Shown piece by piece: positions 1-15,000 of a DNA stretch of 64,000 bases. Origin of the DNA: Eledone cirrhosa. Taxonomy: Eukaryota. A model generated the notes under the pieces. It did no database searches. It saw only the letters and a list, made by a program, of their open reading frames with translations, and had not been told where the DNA came from. Made by a program: the position numbers and the translations under genes. Where the stretch lies: contig OZ024742.1 of the NCBI GenBank assembly GCA_964016885.1, forward strand, positions 186,124,001 to 186,188,000, in the 5' to 3' direction. The stretch's first letter is position 1, and each line of letters opens with the position of its first letter.

Positions 1-3000
1 ATATTATAGTACTTTGAGTAGCTTCTATGTAGAAATAGACTGGTAATATATAGAGATATTATAGTACTTTGAGCAGCTTCTATATAGAAATAGACTGGTA
101 ATATATAGAGATATTATAGTACTTTGAGTAGCTTCTATATAGAAATAGACTGGTAATATATAGAGATATTATAGTACTTTGAGTAGCTTCTATATAGAAA
201 TAGACTGGTAATATATAGAGATATTATAGTACTTTGAGTAGCTTCTATATAGAAATAGACTGGTAATATATAGAGATATTATAGTACCTTTAGTAGCTTC
301 TATATAGAAATAGACTGGTAATATATAGAGATATTATAGTACTTTGCGTAGCTTCTATATAGAAATATACTGGTAATATATAGAGATATTATAGTACTTT
401 GAGTAGCTTCTATATAGAAATAGACTGGTAATATATAGAGATATTATAGTACTTTGAGTAGCTTCTACATAGAAATAGACTGGTAATATATAGAGATATT
501 ATAGTACCTTTAGTAGCTTCTATATAGAAATACAATGGTAATATATAGAGATATTATAGTACTTTGAGTAGCTTCTATATAGAAATAGACTGGTAATATA
601 TAGAGATATTATAGTACCTTTAGTAGCTTCTATATAGAAATACAATGGTAATATATAGAGATATTATAGTACTTTGAGTAGCTTCTATATAGAAATAGAC
701 TGGTAATATATAGAGATATTATAGTACTTTGAGTAGCTTCTATATAGAAATAGACTGGTAATATATAGAGATATTATAGTACCTTTAGTAGCTTCTATAT
801 AGAAATAGACTGGTAATATATAGAGATATTATAGTACCTTTAGTAGCTTCTATATAGAAATAGACTGGTAATATATAGAGATATTATAGTACCTTTAGTA
901 GCTTCTATGTAGAAATAGACTGGTAATAATAGAAATATTATAGTACTTTGAGTAGCTTCTATGTAGAAATAGACTGGTAATATATAGAGATATTATAGTA
1001 CTTTGAGCAGCTTCTATATAGAAATAGACTGGTAATATATAGAGATATTATAGTACCTTTAGTAGCTTCTATATAGAAATAGACTGGTAATATATAGAGA
1101 TATTATAGTACCTTTAGTAGCTTCTATATAGAAATAGACTGGTAATATATAGAGATATTATAGTACCTTTAGTAGCTTCTATGTAGAAATAGACTGGTAA
1201 TAATAGAAATATTATAGTACTTTGAGTAGCTTCTATGTAGAAATAGACTGGTAATATATAAAGATATTATAGTACTTTGAGCAGCTTCTATATAGAAATA
1301 GACTGATAATATATAGAGATATTATAGTACTTTGAGTAGCTTCTATATAGAAATAGACTGGTAATATATAGAGATATTATAGTACTTTGAGTAGCTTCTA
1401 TATAGAAATAGACTGGTAATATATAGAGATATTATAGTACTTTGAGTAGCTTCTATATAGAAATAGACTGGTAATATATAGAGATATTATAGTACCTTTA
1501 GTAGCTTCTATATAGAAATAGACTGGTAATATATAGAGATATTATAGTACTTTGCGTAGCTTCTATATAGAAATAGACTGGTAATATATAGAGATATTAT
1601 AGTACTTTGAGTAGCTTCTACATAGAAATAGACTGGTAATATATAGAGATATTATAGTACCTTTAGTAGCTTCTATATAGAAATACAATGGTAATATATA
1701 GAGATATTATAGTACTTTGAGTAGCTTCTATATAGAAATAGACTGGTAATATATAGAGATATTATAGTACCTTTAGTAGCTTCTATATAGAAATACAATG
1801 GTAATATATAGAGATATTATAGTACTTTGAGTAGCTTCTATATAGAAATAGACTGGTAATATATAGAGATATTATAGTACTTTGAGTAGCTTCTATATAG
1901 AAATAGACTGGTAATATATAGAGATATTATAGTACCTTTAGTAGCTTCTATATAGAAATAGACTGGTAATATATAGAGATATTATAGTACCTTTAGTAGC
2001 TTCTATATAGAAATAGACTGGTAATATATAGAGATATTATAGTACCTTTAGTAGCTTCTATATAGAAATAGACTGGTAATATATAGAGATATTATAGTAC
2101 CTTCTATGTAGAAATAGACTGGTAATAATAGAAATATTATAGTACTTTGAGTAGCTTCTATGTAGAAATAGACTGGTAATATATAGAGATATTATAGTAC
2201 TTTGAGTAGCTTCTATATAGAAATAGACTGGTAATATATAGAGATATTATAGTACCTTTAGTAGCTTCTATATAGAAATAGACTGGTAATATATAGAGAT
2301 ATTATAGTACCTTTAGTAGCTTCTATGTAGAAATAGACTGGTAATTATAGAAATATTATAGTACTTTGAGTAGATTCTATGTAGAAATAGACTTGTAATA
2401 TATAGAGATATTATAGTACTTTGAGTAGCTTCTATGTAGAAATAGACTGGTAATAATAGAAATATTATAGTACTTTGAGTAGCTTCTATGTAGAAATAGA
2501 CTGGTAATATATAGAGATATTATAGTACCTTTAGTAGCTTCTATATAGAAATAGACTGGTAATATATAGAGATATTATAGTACCTTTAGTAGCTTCTATG
2601 TAGAAATAGACTGGTAATAATAGAAATATTATAGTACTTTGAGTAGCTTCTATGTAGAAATAGACTGGTAATATATAGAGATATTATAGTACTTTGAGCA
2701 GCTTCTATATAGAAATAGACTGGTAATATATAGAGATATTATAGTACTTTGAGTAGCTTCTATATAGAAATAGACTGGTAATATATAGAGATATTATAGT
2801 ACTTTGAGTAGCTTCTATATAGAAATAGACTGGTAATATATAGAGATATTATAGTACTTTGAGTAGCTTCTATATAGAAATAGACTGGTAATATATACAG
2901 ATATTATAGTACCTTTAGTAGCTTCTATATAGAAATAGACTGGTAATATATAGAGATATTATAGTACTTTGAGTAGCTTCTATATAGAAATAGACTGGTA

Positions 3001-6000
3001 ATATATAGAGATATTATAGTACTTTGAGTAGCTTCTATATAGAAATAGACTGGTAATATATAGAGATATTATAGTACTTTGAGTAGCTTCTACATAGAAA
3101 TAGACTGGTAATATATAGAGATATTATAGTACCTTTAGTAGCTTCTATATAGAAATACAATGGTAATATATAGAGATATTATAGTACCTTTAGTAGCTTC
3201 TATATAGAAATAGACTGGTAATATTTAGAGATATTATAGTACCTTTAGTAGCTTCTATATAGAAATAGACTGGTAATATATAGAGATATTATAGTACCTT
3301 TAGTAGCTTCTATGTAGAAATAGACTGGTAATTATAGAAATATTATAGTACTTTGAGTAGCTTCTATGTAGAAATAGACTTGTAATATATAGAGATATTA
3401 TAGTACTTTGAGTAGCTTCTATGTAGAAATAGACTGGTAATAATAGAAATATTATAGTACTTTGAGTAGCTTCTATGTAGAAATAGACTGGTAATATATA
3501 GAGATATTATAGTACTTTGAGTAGCTTCTATATAGAAATAGACTGGTAATATATAGAGATATTATAGTACCTTTAGTAGCTTCTATATAGAAATAGACTG
3601 GTAATATATAGAGATATTATAGTACCTTTAGTAGCTTCTATGTAGAAATAGACTGGTAATAATAGAAATATTATAGTACTTTGAGTAGCTTCTATGTAGA
3701 AATAGACTGGTAATATATAGAGATATTATAGTACTTTGAGCAGCTTCTATATAGAAATAGACTGGTAATATATAGAGATATTATAGTACTTTGAGTAGCT
3801 TCTATATAGAAATAGACTGGTAATATATAGAGATATTATAGTACTTTGAGTAGCTTCTATATAGAAATAGACTGGTAATATATAGAGATATTATAGTACT
3901 TTGAGTAGCTTCTATATAGAAATAGACTGGTAACATATAGAGATATTATAGTACCTTTAGTAGCTTCTATATAGAAATAGACTGGTAATATATAGAGATA
4001 TTATAGTACTTTGCGTAGCTTCTATATAGAAATAGACTGGTAATATATAGAGATATTATAGTACTTTGAGTAGCTTCTATATAGAAATAGACTGGTAATA
4101 TATAGAGATATTATAGTACTTTGAGTAGCTTCTACATAGAAATAGACTGGTAATATATAGAGATATTATAGTACCTTTAGTAGCTTCTATATAGAAATAC
4201 AATGGTAATATATAGAGATATTATAGTACTTTGAGTAGCTTCTATATAGAAATAGACTGGTAATATATAGAGATATTATAGTACCTTTAGTAGCTTCTAT
4301 ATAGAAATACAATGGTAATATATAGAGATATTATAGTACTTTGAGTAGCTTCTATATAGAAATAGACTGGTAATATATAGAGATATTATAGTACTTTGAG
4401 TAGCTTCTATATAGAAATAGACTGGTAATATATAGAGGTATTATAGTACCTTTAGTAGCTTCTATATAGAAATAGACTGGTAATATATAGAGATATTATA
4501 GTACCTTTAGTAGCTTCTATATAGAAATAGACTGGTAATATATAGAGATATTATAGTACCTTTAGTAGCTTCTATATAGAAATAGACTGGTAATATATAG
4601 AGATATTATAGTACCTTCTATGTAGAAATAGACTGGTAATAATAGAAATATTATAGTACTTTGAGTAGCTTCTATGTAGAAATAGACTGGTAATATATAG
4701 AGATATTATAGTACTTTGAGTAGCTTCTATATAGAAATAGACTGGTAATATATAGAGATATTATAGTACTTTGAGTAGCTTCTATATAGAAATAGAGTGG
4801 TAATATATAGAGATATTATAGTACCTTTAGTAGCTTCTATATAGAAATAGACTGGTAATATATAGAGATATTATAGTACCTTTAGTAGCTTCTATGTAGA
4901 AATAGACTGGTAATTATAGAAATATTATAGTACTTTGAGTAGCTTCTATGTAGAAATAGACTTGTAATATATAGAGATATTATAGTACTTTGAGTAGCTT
5001 CTATGTAGAAATAGACTGGTAATAATAGAAATATTATAGTACTTTGAGTAGCTTCTATGTAGAAATAGACTGGTAATATATAGAGATATTATATTACTTT
5101 GAGTAGCTTCTATATAGAAATAGACTGGTAATATATAGAGATATTATAGTACCATTAGTAGCTTCTATATAGAAATAGACTGGTAATATATAGAGATATT
5201 ATAGTACCTTTAGTAGCTTCTATGTAGAAATAGACTGGTAATAATAGAAATATTATAGTACTTTGAGTAGCTTCTATGTAGAAATAGACTGGTAATATAT
5301 AGAGATATTATAGTACTTTGAGTAGCTTCTATATAGAAATAGACTGGTAATATATAGAGATATTATAGTACTTTGAGTAGCTTCTATATAGAAATAGACT
5401 GGTAATATATAGAGATATTATAGTACTTTGAGTAGCTTCTATATAGAAATAGACTGGTAACATATAGAGATATTATAGTACTTTGAGTAGCTTCTATATA
5501 GAAATAGACTGGTAATATATAGAGATATTATAGTACCTTTAGTAGCTTCTATATAGAAATAGACTGGTAATATATAGAGATATTATAGTACTTTGAGTAG
5601 CTTCTATATAGAAATAGACTGGTAATATATAGAGATATTATAGTACCTTTAGTAGCTTCTATATAGAAATACAATGGTAATATATAGAGATATTATAGTA
5701 CTTTGAGTAGCTTCTATATAGAAATAGACTGGTAATATATAGAGATATTATAGTACCTTTAGTAGCTTCTATATAGAAATAGACTGGTAATATATAGAGA
5801 TATTATAGTACCTTTAGTAGCTTCTATGTAGAAATAGACTGGTAATATATAGAGATATTATAGTACCTTTAGTAGCTTCTATATAGAAATAGACTGGTAA
5901 TATATAGAGATATTATAGTACCTTTAGTAGCTTCTATATAGAAATAGACTGGTAATATATAGAGATATTATAGTACCTTCTATGTAGAAATAGACTGGTA

Positions 6001-9000
6001 ATAATAGAAATATTAAAGTACTTTGAGTAGCTTCTATGTAGAAATAGACTGGTAATATATAGAGATATTATAGTACTTTGAGTAGCTTCTATATAGAAAT
6101 AGACTGGTAATATATAGAGATATTATAGTACCTTTAGTAGCTTCTATATAGAAATAGACTGGTAATATATAGAGATATTATAGTACCTTTAGTAGCTTCT
6201 ATGTAGAAATAGACTGGTAATTATAGAAATATTATAGTACTTTGAGTAGATTCTATGTAGAAATAGACTTGTAATATATAGAGATATTATAGTACTTTGA
6301 GTAGCTTCTATATAGAAATAGACTGGTAATATATAGAGATATTATAGTACTTTGAGTAGCTTCTATATAGAAATAGACTGGTAATATATAGAGGTATTAT
6401 AGTACCTTTAGTAGCTTCTATATAGAAATAGACTGGTAATATATAGAGATATTATAGTACCTTTAGTAGCTTCTATATAGAAATAGACTGGTAATATATA
6501 GAGATATTATAGTACCTTTAGTAGCTTCTATATAGAAATAGACTGGTAATATATAGAGATATTATAGTACCTTCTATGTAGAAATAGACTGGTAATAATA
6601 GAAATATTATAGTACTTTGAGTAGCTTCTATGTAGAAATAGACTGGTAATATATAGAGATATTATAGTACTTTGAGTAGCTTCTATATAGAAATAGACTG
6701 GTAATATATAGAGATATTATAGTACTTTGAGTAGCTTCTATATAGAAATAGAGTGGTAATATATAGAGATATTATAGTACCTTTAGTAGCTTCTATATAG
6801 AAATAGACTGGTAATATATAGAGATATTATAGTACCTTTAGTAGCTTCTATGTAGAAATAGACTGGTAATTATAGAAATATTATAGTACTTTGAGTAGCT
6901 TCTATGTAGAAATAGACTTGTAATATATAGAGATATTATAGTACTTTGAGTAGCTTCTATGTAGAAATAGACTGGTAATAATAGAAATATTATAGTACTT
7001 TGAGTAGCTTCTATGTAGAAATAGACTGGTAATATATAGAGATATTATATTACTTTGAGTAGCTTCTATATAGAAATAGACTGGTAATATATAGAGATAT
7101 TATAGTACCTTTAGTAGCTTCTATATAGAAATAGACTGGTAATATATAGAGATATTATAGTACCTTTAGTAGCTTCTATGTAGAAATAGACTGGTAATAA
7201 TAGAAATATTATAGTACTTTGAGTAGCTTCTATGTAGAAATAGACTGGTAATATATAGAGATATTATAGTACTTTGAGTAGCTTCTATATAGAAATAGAC
7301 TGGTAATATATAGAGATATTATAGTACTTTGAGTAGCTTCTATATAGAAATAGACTGGTAATATATAGAGATATTATAGTACTTTGAGTAGCTTCTATAT
7401 AGAAATAGACTGGTAACATATAGAGATATTATAGTACTTTGAGTAGCTTCTATATAGAAATAGACTGGTAATATATAGAGATATTATAGTACCTTTAGTA
7501 GCTTCTATATAGAAATAGACTGGTAATATATAGAGATATTATAGTACTTTGAGTAGCTTCTATATAGAAATAGACTGGTAATATATAGAGATATTATAGT
7601 ACCTTTAGTAGCTTCTATATAGAAATACAATGGTAATATATAGAGATATTATAGTACTTTGAGTAGCTTCTATATAGAAATAGACTGGTAATATATAGAG
7701 ATATTATAGTACCTTTAGTAGCTTCTATATAGAAATAGACTGGTAATATATAGAGATATTATAGTACCTTTAGTAGCTTCTATGTAGAAATAGACTGGTA
7801 ATATATAGAGATATTATAGTACCTTTAGTAGCTTCTATATAGAAATAGACTGGTAATATATAGAGATATTATAGTACCTTTAGTAGCTTCTATATAGAAA
7901 TAGACTGGTAATATATAGAGATATTATAGTACCTTCTATGTAGAAATAGACTGGTAATAATAGAAATATTAAAGTACTTTGAGTAGCTTCTATGTAGAAA
8001 TAGACTGGTAATATATAGAGATATTATAGTACTTTGAGTAGCTTCTATATAGAAATAGACTGGTAATATATAGAGATATTATAGTACCTTTAGTAGCTTC
8101 TATATAGAAATAGACTGGTAATATATAGAGATATTATAGTACCTTTAGTAGCTTCTATGTAGAAATAGACTGGTAATTATAGAAATATTATAGTACTTTG
8201 AGTAGATTCTATGTAGAAATAGACTTGTAATATATAGAGATATTATAGTACTTTGAGTAGCTTCTATGTAGAAATAGACTGGTAATAATAGAAATATTAT
8301 AGTACTTTGAGTAGCTTCTATGTAGAAATAGACTGGTAATATATAGAGATATTATAGTACCTTTAGTAGCTTCTATATAGAAATAGACTGGTAATATATA
8401 GAGATATTATAGTACCTTCTATGTAGAAATAGACTGGTAATAATAGAAATATTATAGTACTTTGAGTAGCTTCTATGTAGAAATAGACTGGTAATATATA
8501 GAGATATTATAGTACTTTGAGTAGCTTCTATATAGAAATAGACTGGTAATATATAGAGATATTATAGTACTTTGAGTAGCTTCTATATAGAAATAGACTG
8601 GTAATATATAGAGATATTATAGTACCTTTAGTAGCTTCTATATAGAAATAGACTGGTAATATATAGAGATATTATAGTACCTTTAGTAGCTTCTATGTAG
8701 AAATAGACTGGTAATTATAGAAATATTATAGTACTTTGAGTAGCTTCTATGTAGAAATAGACTTGTAATATATAGAGATATTATAGTACTTTGAGTAGCT
8801 TCTATGTAGAAATAGACTGGTAATAATAGAAATATTATAGTACTTTGAGTAGCTTCTATGTAGAAATAGACTGGTAATATATAGAGATATTATAGTACTT
8901 TGAGTAGCTTCTATATAGAAATAGACTGGTAATATATAGAGATATTATAGTACCTTTAGTAGCTTCTATATAGAAATAGACTGGTAATATATAGAGATAT

Positions 9001-12000
9001 TATAGTACCTTTAGTAGCTTCTATGTAGAAATAGACTGGTAATAATAGAAATATTATAGTACTTTGAGTAGCTTCTATGTAGAAATAGACTGGTAATATA
9101 TAGAGATATTATAGTACTTTGAGTAGCTTCTATATAGAAATAGACTGGTAATATATAGAGATATTATAGTACTTTGAGTAGCTTCTATATAGAAATAGAC
9201 TGGTAATATATAGAGATATTATAGTACTTTGAGTAGCTTCTATATAGAAATAGACTGGTAATATATAGAGATATTATAGTACTTTGAGTAGCTTCTATAT
9301 AGAAATAGACTGGTAATATATAGAGATATTATAGTACCTTTAGTAGCTTCTATATAGAAATAGACTGGTAATATATAGAGATATTATAGTACTTTGAGTA
9401 GCTTCTATATAGAAATAGACTGGTAATATATAGAGATATTATAGTACCTTTAGTAGCTTCTATATAGAAATACAATGGTAATATATAGAGATATTATAGT
9501 ACTTTGAGTAGCTTCTATATAGAAATAGACTGGTAATATATAGAGATATTATAGTACCTTTAGTAGCTTCTATATAGAAATAGACTGGTAATATATAGAG
9601 ATATTATAGTACCTTTAGTAGCTTCTATGTAGAAATAGACTGGTAATATATAGAGATATTATAGTACCTTTAGTAGCTTCTATATAGAAATAGACTGGTA
9701 ATATATAGAGATATTATAGTACCTTTAGTAGCTTCTATATAGAAATAGACTGGTAATATATAGAGATATTATAGTACCTTCTATGTAGAAATAGACTGGT
9801 AATAATAGAAATATTATAGTACTTTGAGTAGCTTCTATGTAGAAATAGACTGGTAATATATAGAGATATTATAGTACTTTGAGTAGCTTCTATATAGAAA
9901 TAGACTGGTAATATATAGAGATATTATAGTACCTTTAGTAGCTTCTATATAGAAATAGACTGGTAATATATAGAGATATTATAGTACTTTTAGTAGCTTC
10001 TATGTAGAAATAGACTGCTAATTATAGAAATATTATAGTACTTTGAGTAGATTCTATGTAGAAATAGACTTGTAATATATAGAGATATTATAGTACTTTG
10101 AGTAGCTTCTATGTAGAAATAGACTGGTAATAATAGAAATATTATAGTACTTTGAGTAGCTTCTATGTAGAAATAGACTGGTAATATATAGAGATATTAT
10201 AGTACCTTTAGTAGCTTCTATATAGAAATAGACTGGTAATATATAGAGATATTATAGTACCTTTAGTAGCTTCTATGTAGAAATAGACTGGTAATAATAG
10301 AAATATTATAGTACTTTGAGTAGCTTCTATGTAGAAATAGACTGGTAATATATAGAGATATTATAGTACTTTGAGCAGCTTCTATATAGAAATAGACTGG
10401 TAATATATAGAGATATTATAGTACTTTGAGTAGCTTCTATATAGAAATAGACTGGTAATATATAGAGATATTATAGTACTTTGAGTAGCTTCTATATAGA
10501 AATAGACTGGTAATATATAGAGATATTATAGTACTTTGAGTAGCTTCTATATAGAAATAGACTGGTAATATATAGAGATATTATAGTACTTTGAGTAGCT
10601 TCTATATAGAAATAGACTGGTAATATATAGAGATATTATAGTACCTTTAGTAGCTTCTATATAGAAATAGACTGGTAATATATAGAGATATTATAGTACT
10701 TTGCGTAGCTTCTATATAGAAATAGACTGGTAATATATAGAGATATTATAGTACTTTGAGTAGCTTCTATATAGAAATAGACTGGTAATATATAGAGATA
10801 TTATAGTACTTTGAGTAGCTTCTACATAGAAATAGACTGGTAATATATAGAGATATTATAGTACCTTTAGTAGCTTCTATATAGAAATACAATGGTAATA
10901 TATAGAGATATTATAGTACTTTGAGTAGCTTCTATATAGAAATAGACTGGTAATATATAGAGATATTATAGTACCTTTAGTAGCTTCTATATAGAAATAC
11001 AATGGTAATATATAGAGATATTATAGTACTTTGAGTAGCTTCTATATAGAAATAGACTGGTAATATATAGAGATATTATAGTACTTTGAGTAGCTTCTAT
11101 ATAGAAATAGACTGGTAATATATAGAGATGTTATAGTACCTTTAGTAGCTTCTATATAGAAATAGACTGGTAATATATAGAGATATTATAGTACCTTTAG
11201 TAGCTTCTATATAGAAATAGACTGGTAATATATAGAGATATTATAGTACCTTTAGTAGCTTCTATATAGAAATAGACTGGTAATATATAGAGATATTATA
11301 GTACCTTCTATGTAGAAATAGACTGGTAATAATAGAAATATTATAGTACTTTGAGTAGCTTCTATGTAGAAATAGACTGGTAATATATAGAGATATTATA
11401 GTACTTTGAGTAGCTTCTATATAGAAATAGACTGGTAATATATAGAGATATTATAGTACCTTTAGTAGCTTCTATATAGAAATAGACTGGTAATATATAG
11501 AGATATTATAGTACCTTTAGTAGCTTCTATGTAGAAATAGACTGGTAATTATAGAAATATTATAGTACTTTGAGTAGATTCTATGTAGAAATAGACTTGT
11601 AATATATAGAGATATTATAGTACTTTGAGTAGCTTCTATGTAGAAATAGACTGGTAATAATAGAAATATTATAGTACTTTGAGTAGCTTCTATGTAGAAA
11701 TAGACTGGTAATATATAGAGATATTATAGTACCTTTAGTAGCTTCTATATAGAAATAGACTGGTAATATATAGAGATATTATAGTACCTTTAGTAGCTTC
11801 TATGTAGAAATAGACTGGTAATAATAGAAATATTATAGTACTTTGAGTAGCTTCTATGTAGAAATAGACTGGTAATATATAGAGATATTATAGTACTTTG
11901 AGCAGCTTCTATATAGAAATAGACTGGTAATATATAGAGATATTATAGTACTTTGAGTAGCTTCTATATAGAAATAGACTGGTAATATATAGAGATATTA

Positions 12001-15000
12001 TAGTACTTTGAGTAGCTTCTATATAGAAATAGACTGGTAATATATAGAGATATTATAGTACTTTGAGTAGCTTCTATATAGAAATAGACTGGTAATATAT
12101 AGAGATATTATAGTACCTTTAGTAGCTTCTATATTGAAATAGACTGGTAATATATAGAGATATTATAGTACCTTTAGTAGCTTCTATGTAGAAATAGACT
12201 GGTAATTATAGAAATATTATAGTACATTGAGTAGCTTCTATGTAGAAATAGACTTGTAATATATAGAGATATTATAGTACTTTGAGTAGCTTCTATGTAG
12301 AAATAGACTGGTAATAATAGAAATATTATAGTACTTTGAGTAGCTTCTATGTAGAAATAGACTGGTAATATATAGAGATATTATAGTACTTTGAGTAGCT
12401 TCTATATAGAAATAGACTGGTAATATATAGAGATATTATAGTACCTTTAGTAGCTTCTATATAGAAATAGACTGGTAATATATAGAGATATTATAGTACC
12501 TTTAGTAGCTTCTATGTAGAAATAGACTGGTAATTATAGAAATATTATAGTACTTTGAGTAGCTTCTATATAGAAATAGACTGGTAATATATAGAGATAT
12601 TATAGTACCTTTAGTAGCTTCTATATAGAAATACAATGGTAATATATAGAGATATTATAGTACTTTGAGTAGCTTCTATATAGAAATAGACTGGTAATAT
12701 ATAGAGATATTATAGTACTTTGAGTAGCTTCTATATAGAAATAGACTGGTAATATATAGAGATGTTATAGTACCTTTAGTAGCTTCTATATAGAAATAGA
12801 CTGGTAATATATAGAGATATTATAGTACCTTTAGTAGCTTCTATATAGAAATAGACTGGTAATATATAGAGATATTATAGTACCTTTAGTAGCTTCTATA
12901 TAGAAATAGACTGGTAATATATAGAGATATTATAGTACCTTCTATGTAGAAATAGACTGGTAATAATAGAAATATTATAGTACTTTGAGTAGCTTCTATG
13001 TAGAAATAGACTGGTAATATATAGAGATATTATAGTACTTTGAGTAGCTTCTATATAGAAATAGACTGGTAATATATAGAGATATTATAGTACCTTTAGT
13101 AGCTTCTATATAGAAATAGACTGGTAATATATAGAGATATTATAGTACCTTTAGTAGCTTCTATGTAGAAATAGACTGGTAATTATAGAAATATTATAGT
13201 ACTTTGAGTAGATTCTATGTAGAAATAGACTTGTAATATATAGAGATATTATAGTACTTTGAGTAGCTTCTATGTAGAAATAGACTGGTAATAATAGAAA
13301 TATTATAGTACTTTGAGTAGCTTCTATGTAGAAATAGACTGGTAATATATAGAGATATTATAGTACCTTTAGTAGCTTCTATATAGAAATAGACTGGTAA
13401 TATATAGAGATATTATAGTACCTTTAGTAGCTTCTATGTAGAAATAGACTGGTAATAATAGAAATATTATAGTACTTTGAGTAGCTTCTATGTAGAAATA
13501 GACTGGTAATATATAGAGATATTATAGTACTTTGAGCAGCTTCTATATAGAAATAGACTGGTAATATATAGAGATATTATAGTACTTTGAGTAGCTTCTA
13601 TATAGAAATAGACTGGTAATATATAGAGATATTATAGTACTTTGAGTAGCTTCTATATAGAAATAGACTGGTAATATATAGAGATATTATAGTACTTTGA
13701 GTAGCTTCTATATAGAAATAGACTGGTAATATATAGAGATATTATAGTACCTTTAGTAGCTTCTATATTGAAATAGACTGGTAATATATAGAGATATTAT
13801 AGTACCTTTAGTAGCTTCTATGTAGAAATAGACTGGTAATTATAGAAATATTATAGTACATTGAGTAGCTTCTATGTAGAAATAGACTTGTAATATATAG
13901 AGATATTATAGTACTTTGAGTAGCTTCTATGTAGAAATAGACTGGTAATAATAGAAATATTATAGTACTTTGAGTAGCTTCTATGTAGAAATAGACTGGT
14001 AATATATAGAGATATTATAGTACTTTGAGTAGCTTCTATATAGAAATAGACTGGTAATATATAGAGATATTATAGTACCTTTAGTAGCTTCTATATAGAA
14101 ATAGACTGGTAATATATAGAGATATTATAGTACCTTTAGTAGCTTCTATGTAGAAATAGACTGGTAATAATAGAAATATTATAGTACTTTGAGTAGCTTC
14201 TATGTAGAAATAGACTGGTAATATATAGAGATATTATAGTACTTTGAGCAGCTTCTATATAGAAATAGACTGGTAATATATAGAGATATTATAGTACTTT
14301 GAGTAGCTTCTATATAGAAATAGACTGGTAATATATAGAGATATTATAGTACTTTGAGTAGCTTCTATATAGAAATAGACTGGTAATATATAGAGATATT
14401 ATAGTACTTTGAGTAGCTTCTATATAGAAATAGACTGGTAATATATAGAGATATTATAGTACCTTTAGTAGCTTCTATATAGAAATACACTGGTAATATA
14501 TAGAGATATTATAGTACTTTGCGTAGCTTCTATATAGAAATAGACTGGTAATATATAGAGATATTATAGTACTTTGAGCAGCTTCTATATAGAAATAGAC
14601 TGGTAATATATAGAGATATTATAGTACTTTGAGTAGCTTCTACATAGAAATAGACTGGTAATATATAGAGATATTATAGTACCTTTAGTAGCTTCTATAT
14701 AGAAATACAATGGTAATATATAGAGATATTATAGTACTTTGAGTAGCTTCTATATAGAAATAGACTGGTAATAATAGAAATATTATAGTACTTTGAGTAG
14801 CTTCTATGTAGAAATAGACTGGTAATATATAGAGATATTATAGTACTTTGAGTAGCTTCTATATAGAAATAGACTGGTAATATATAGAGATATTATAGTA
14901 CTTTGAGTAGCTTCTATATAGAAATAGACTGGTAATATATAGAGATATTATAGTACCTTTAGTAGCTTCTATATAGAAATAGACTGGTAATATATAGAGA

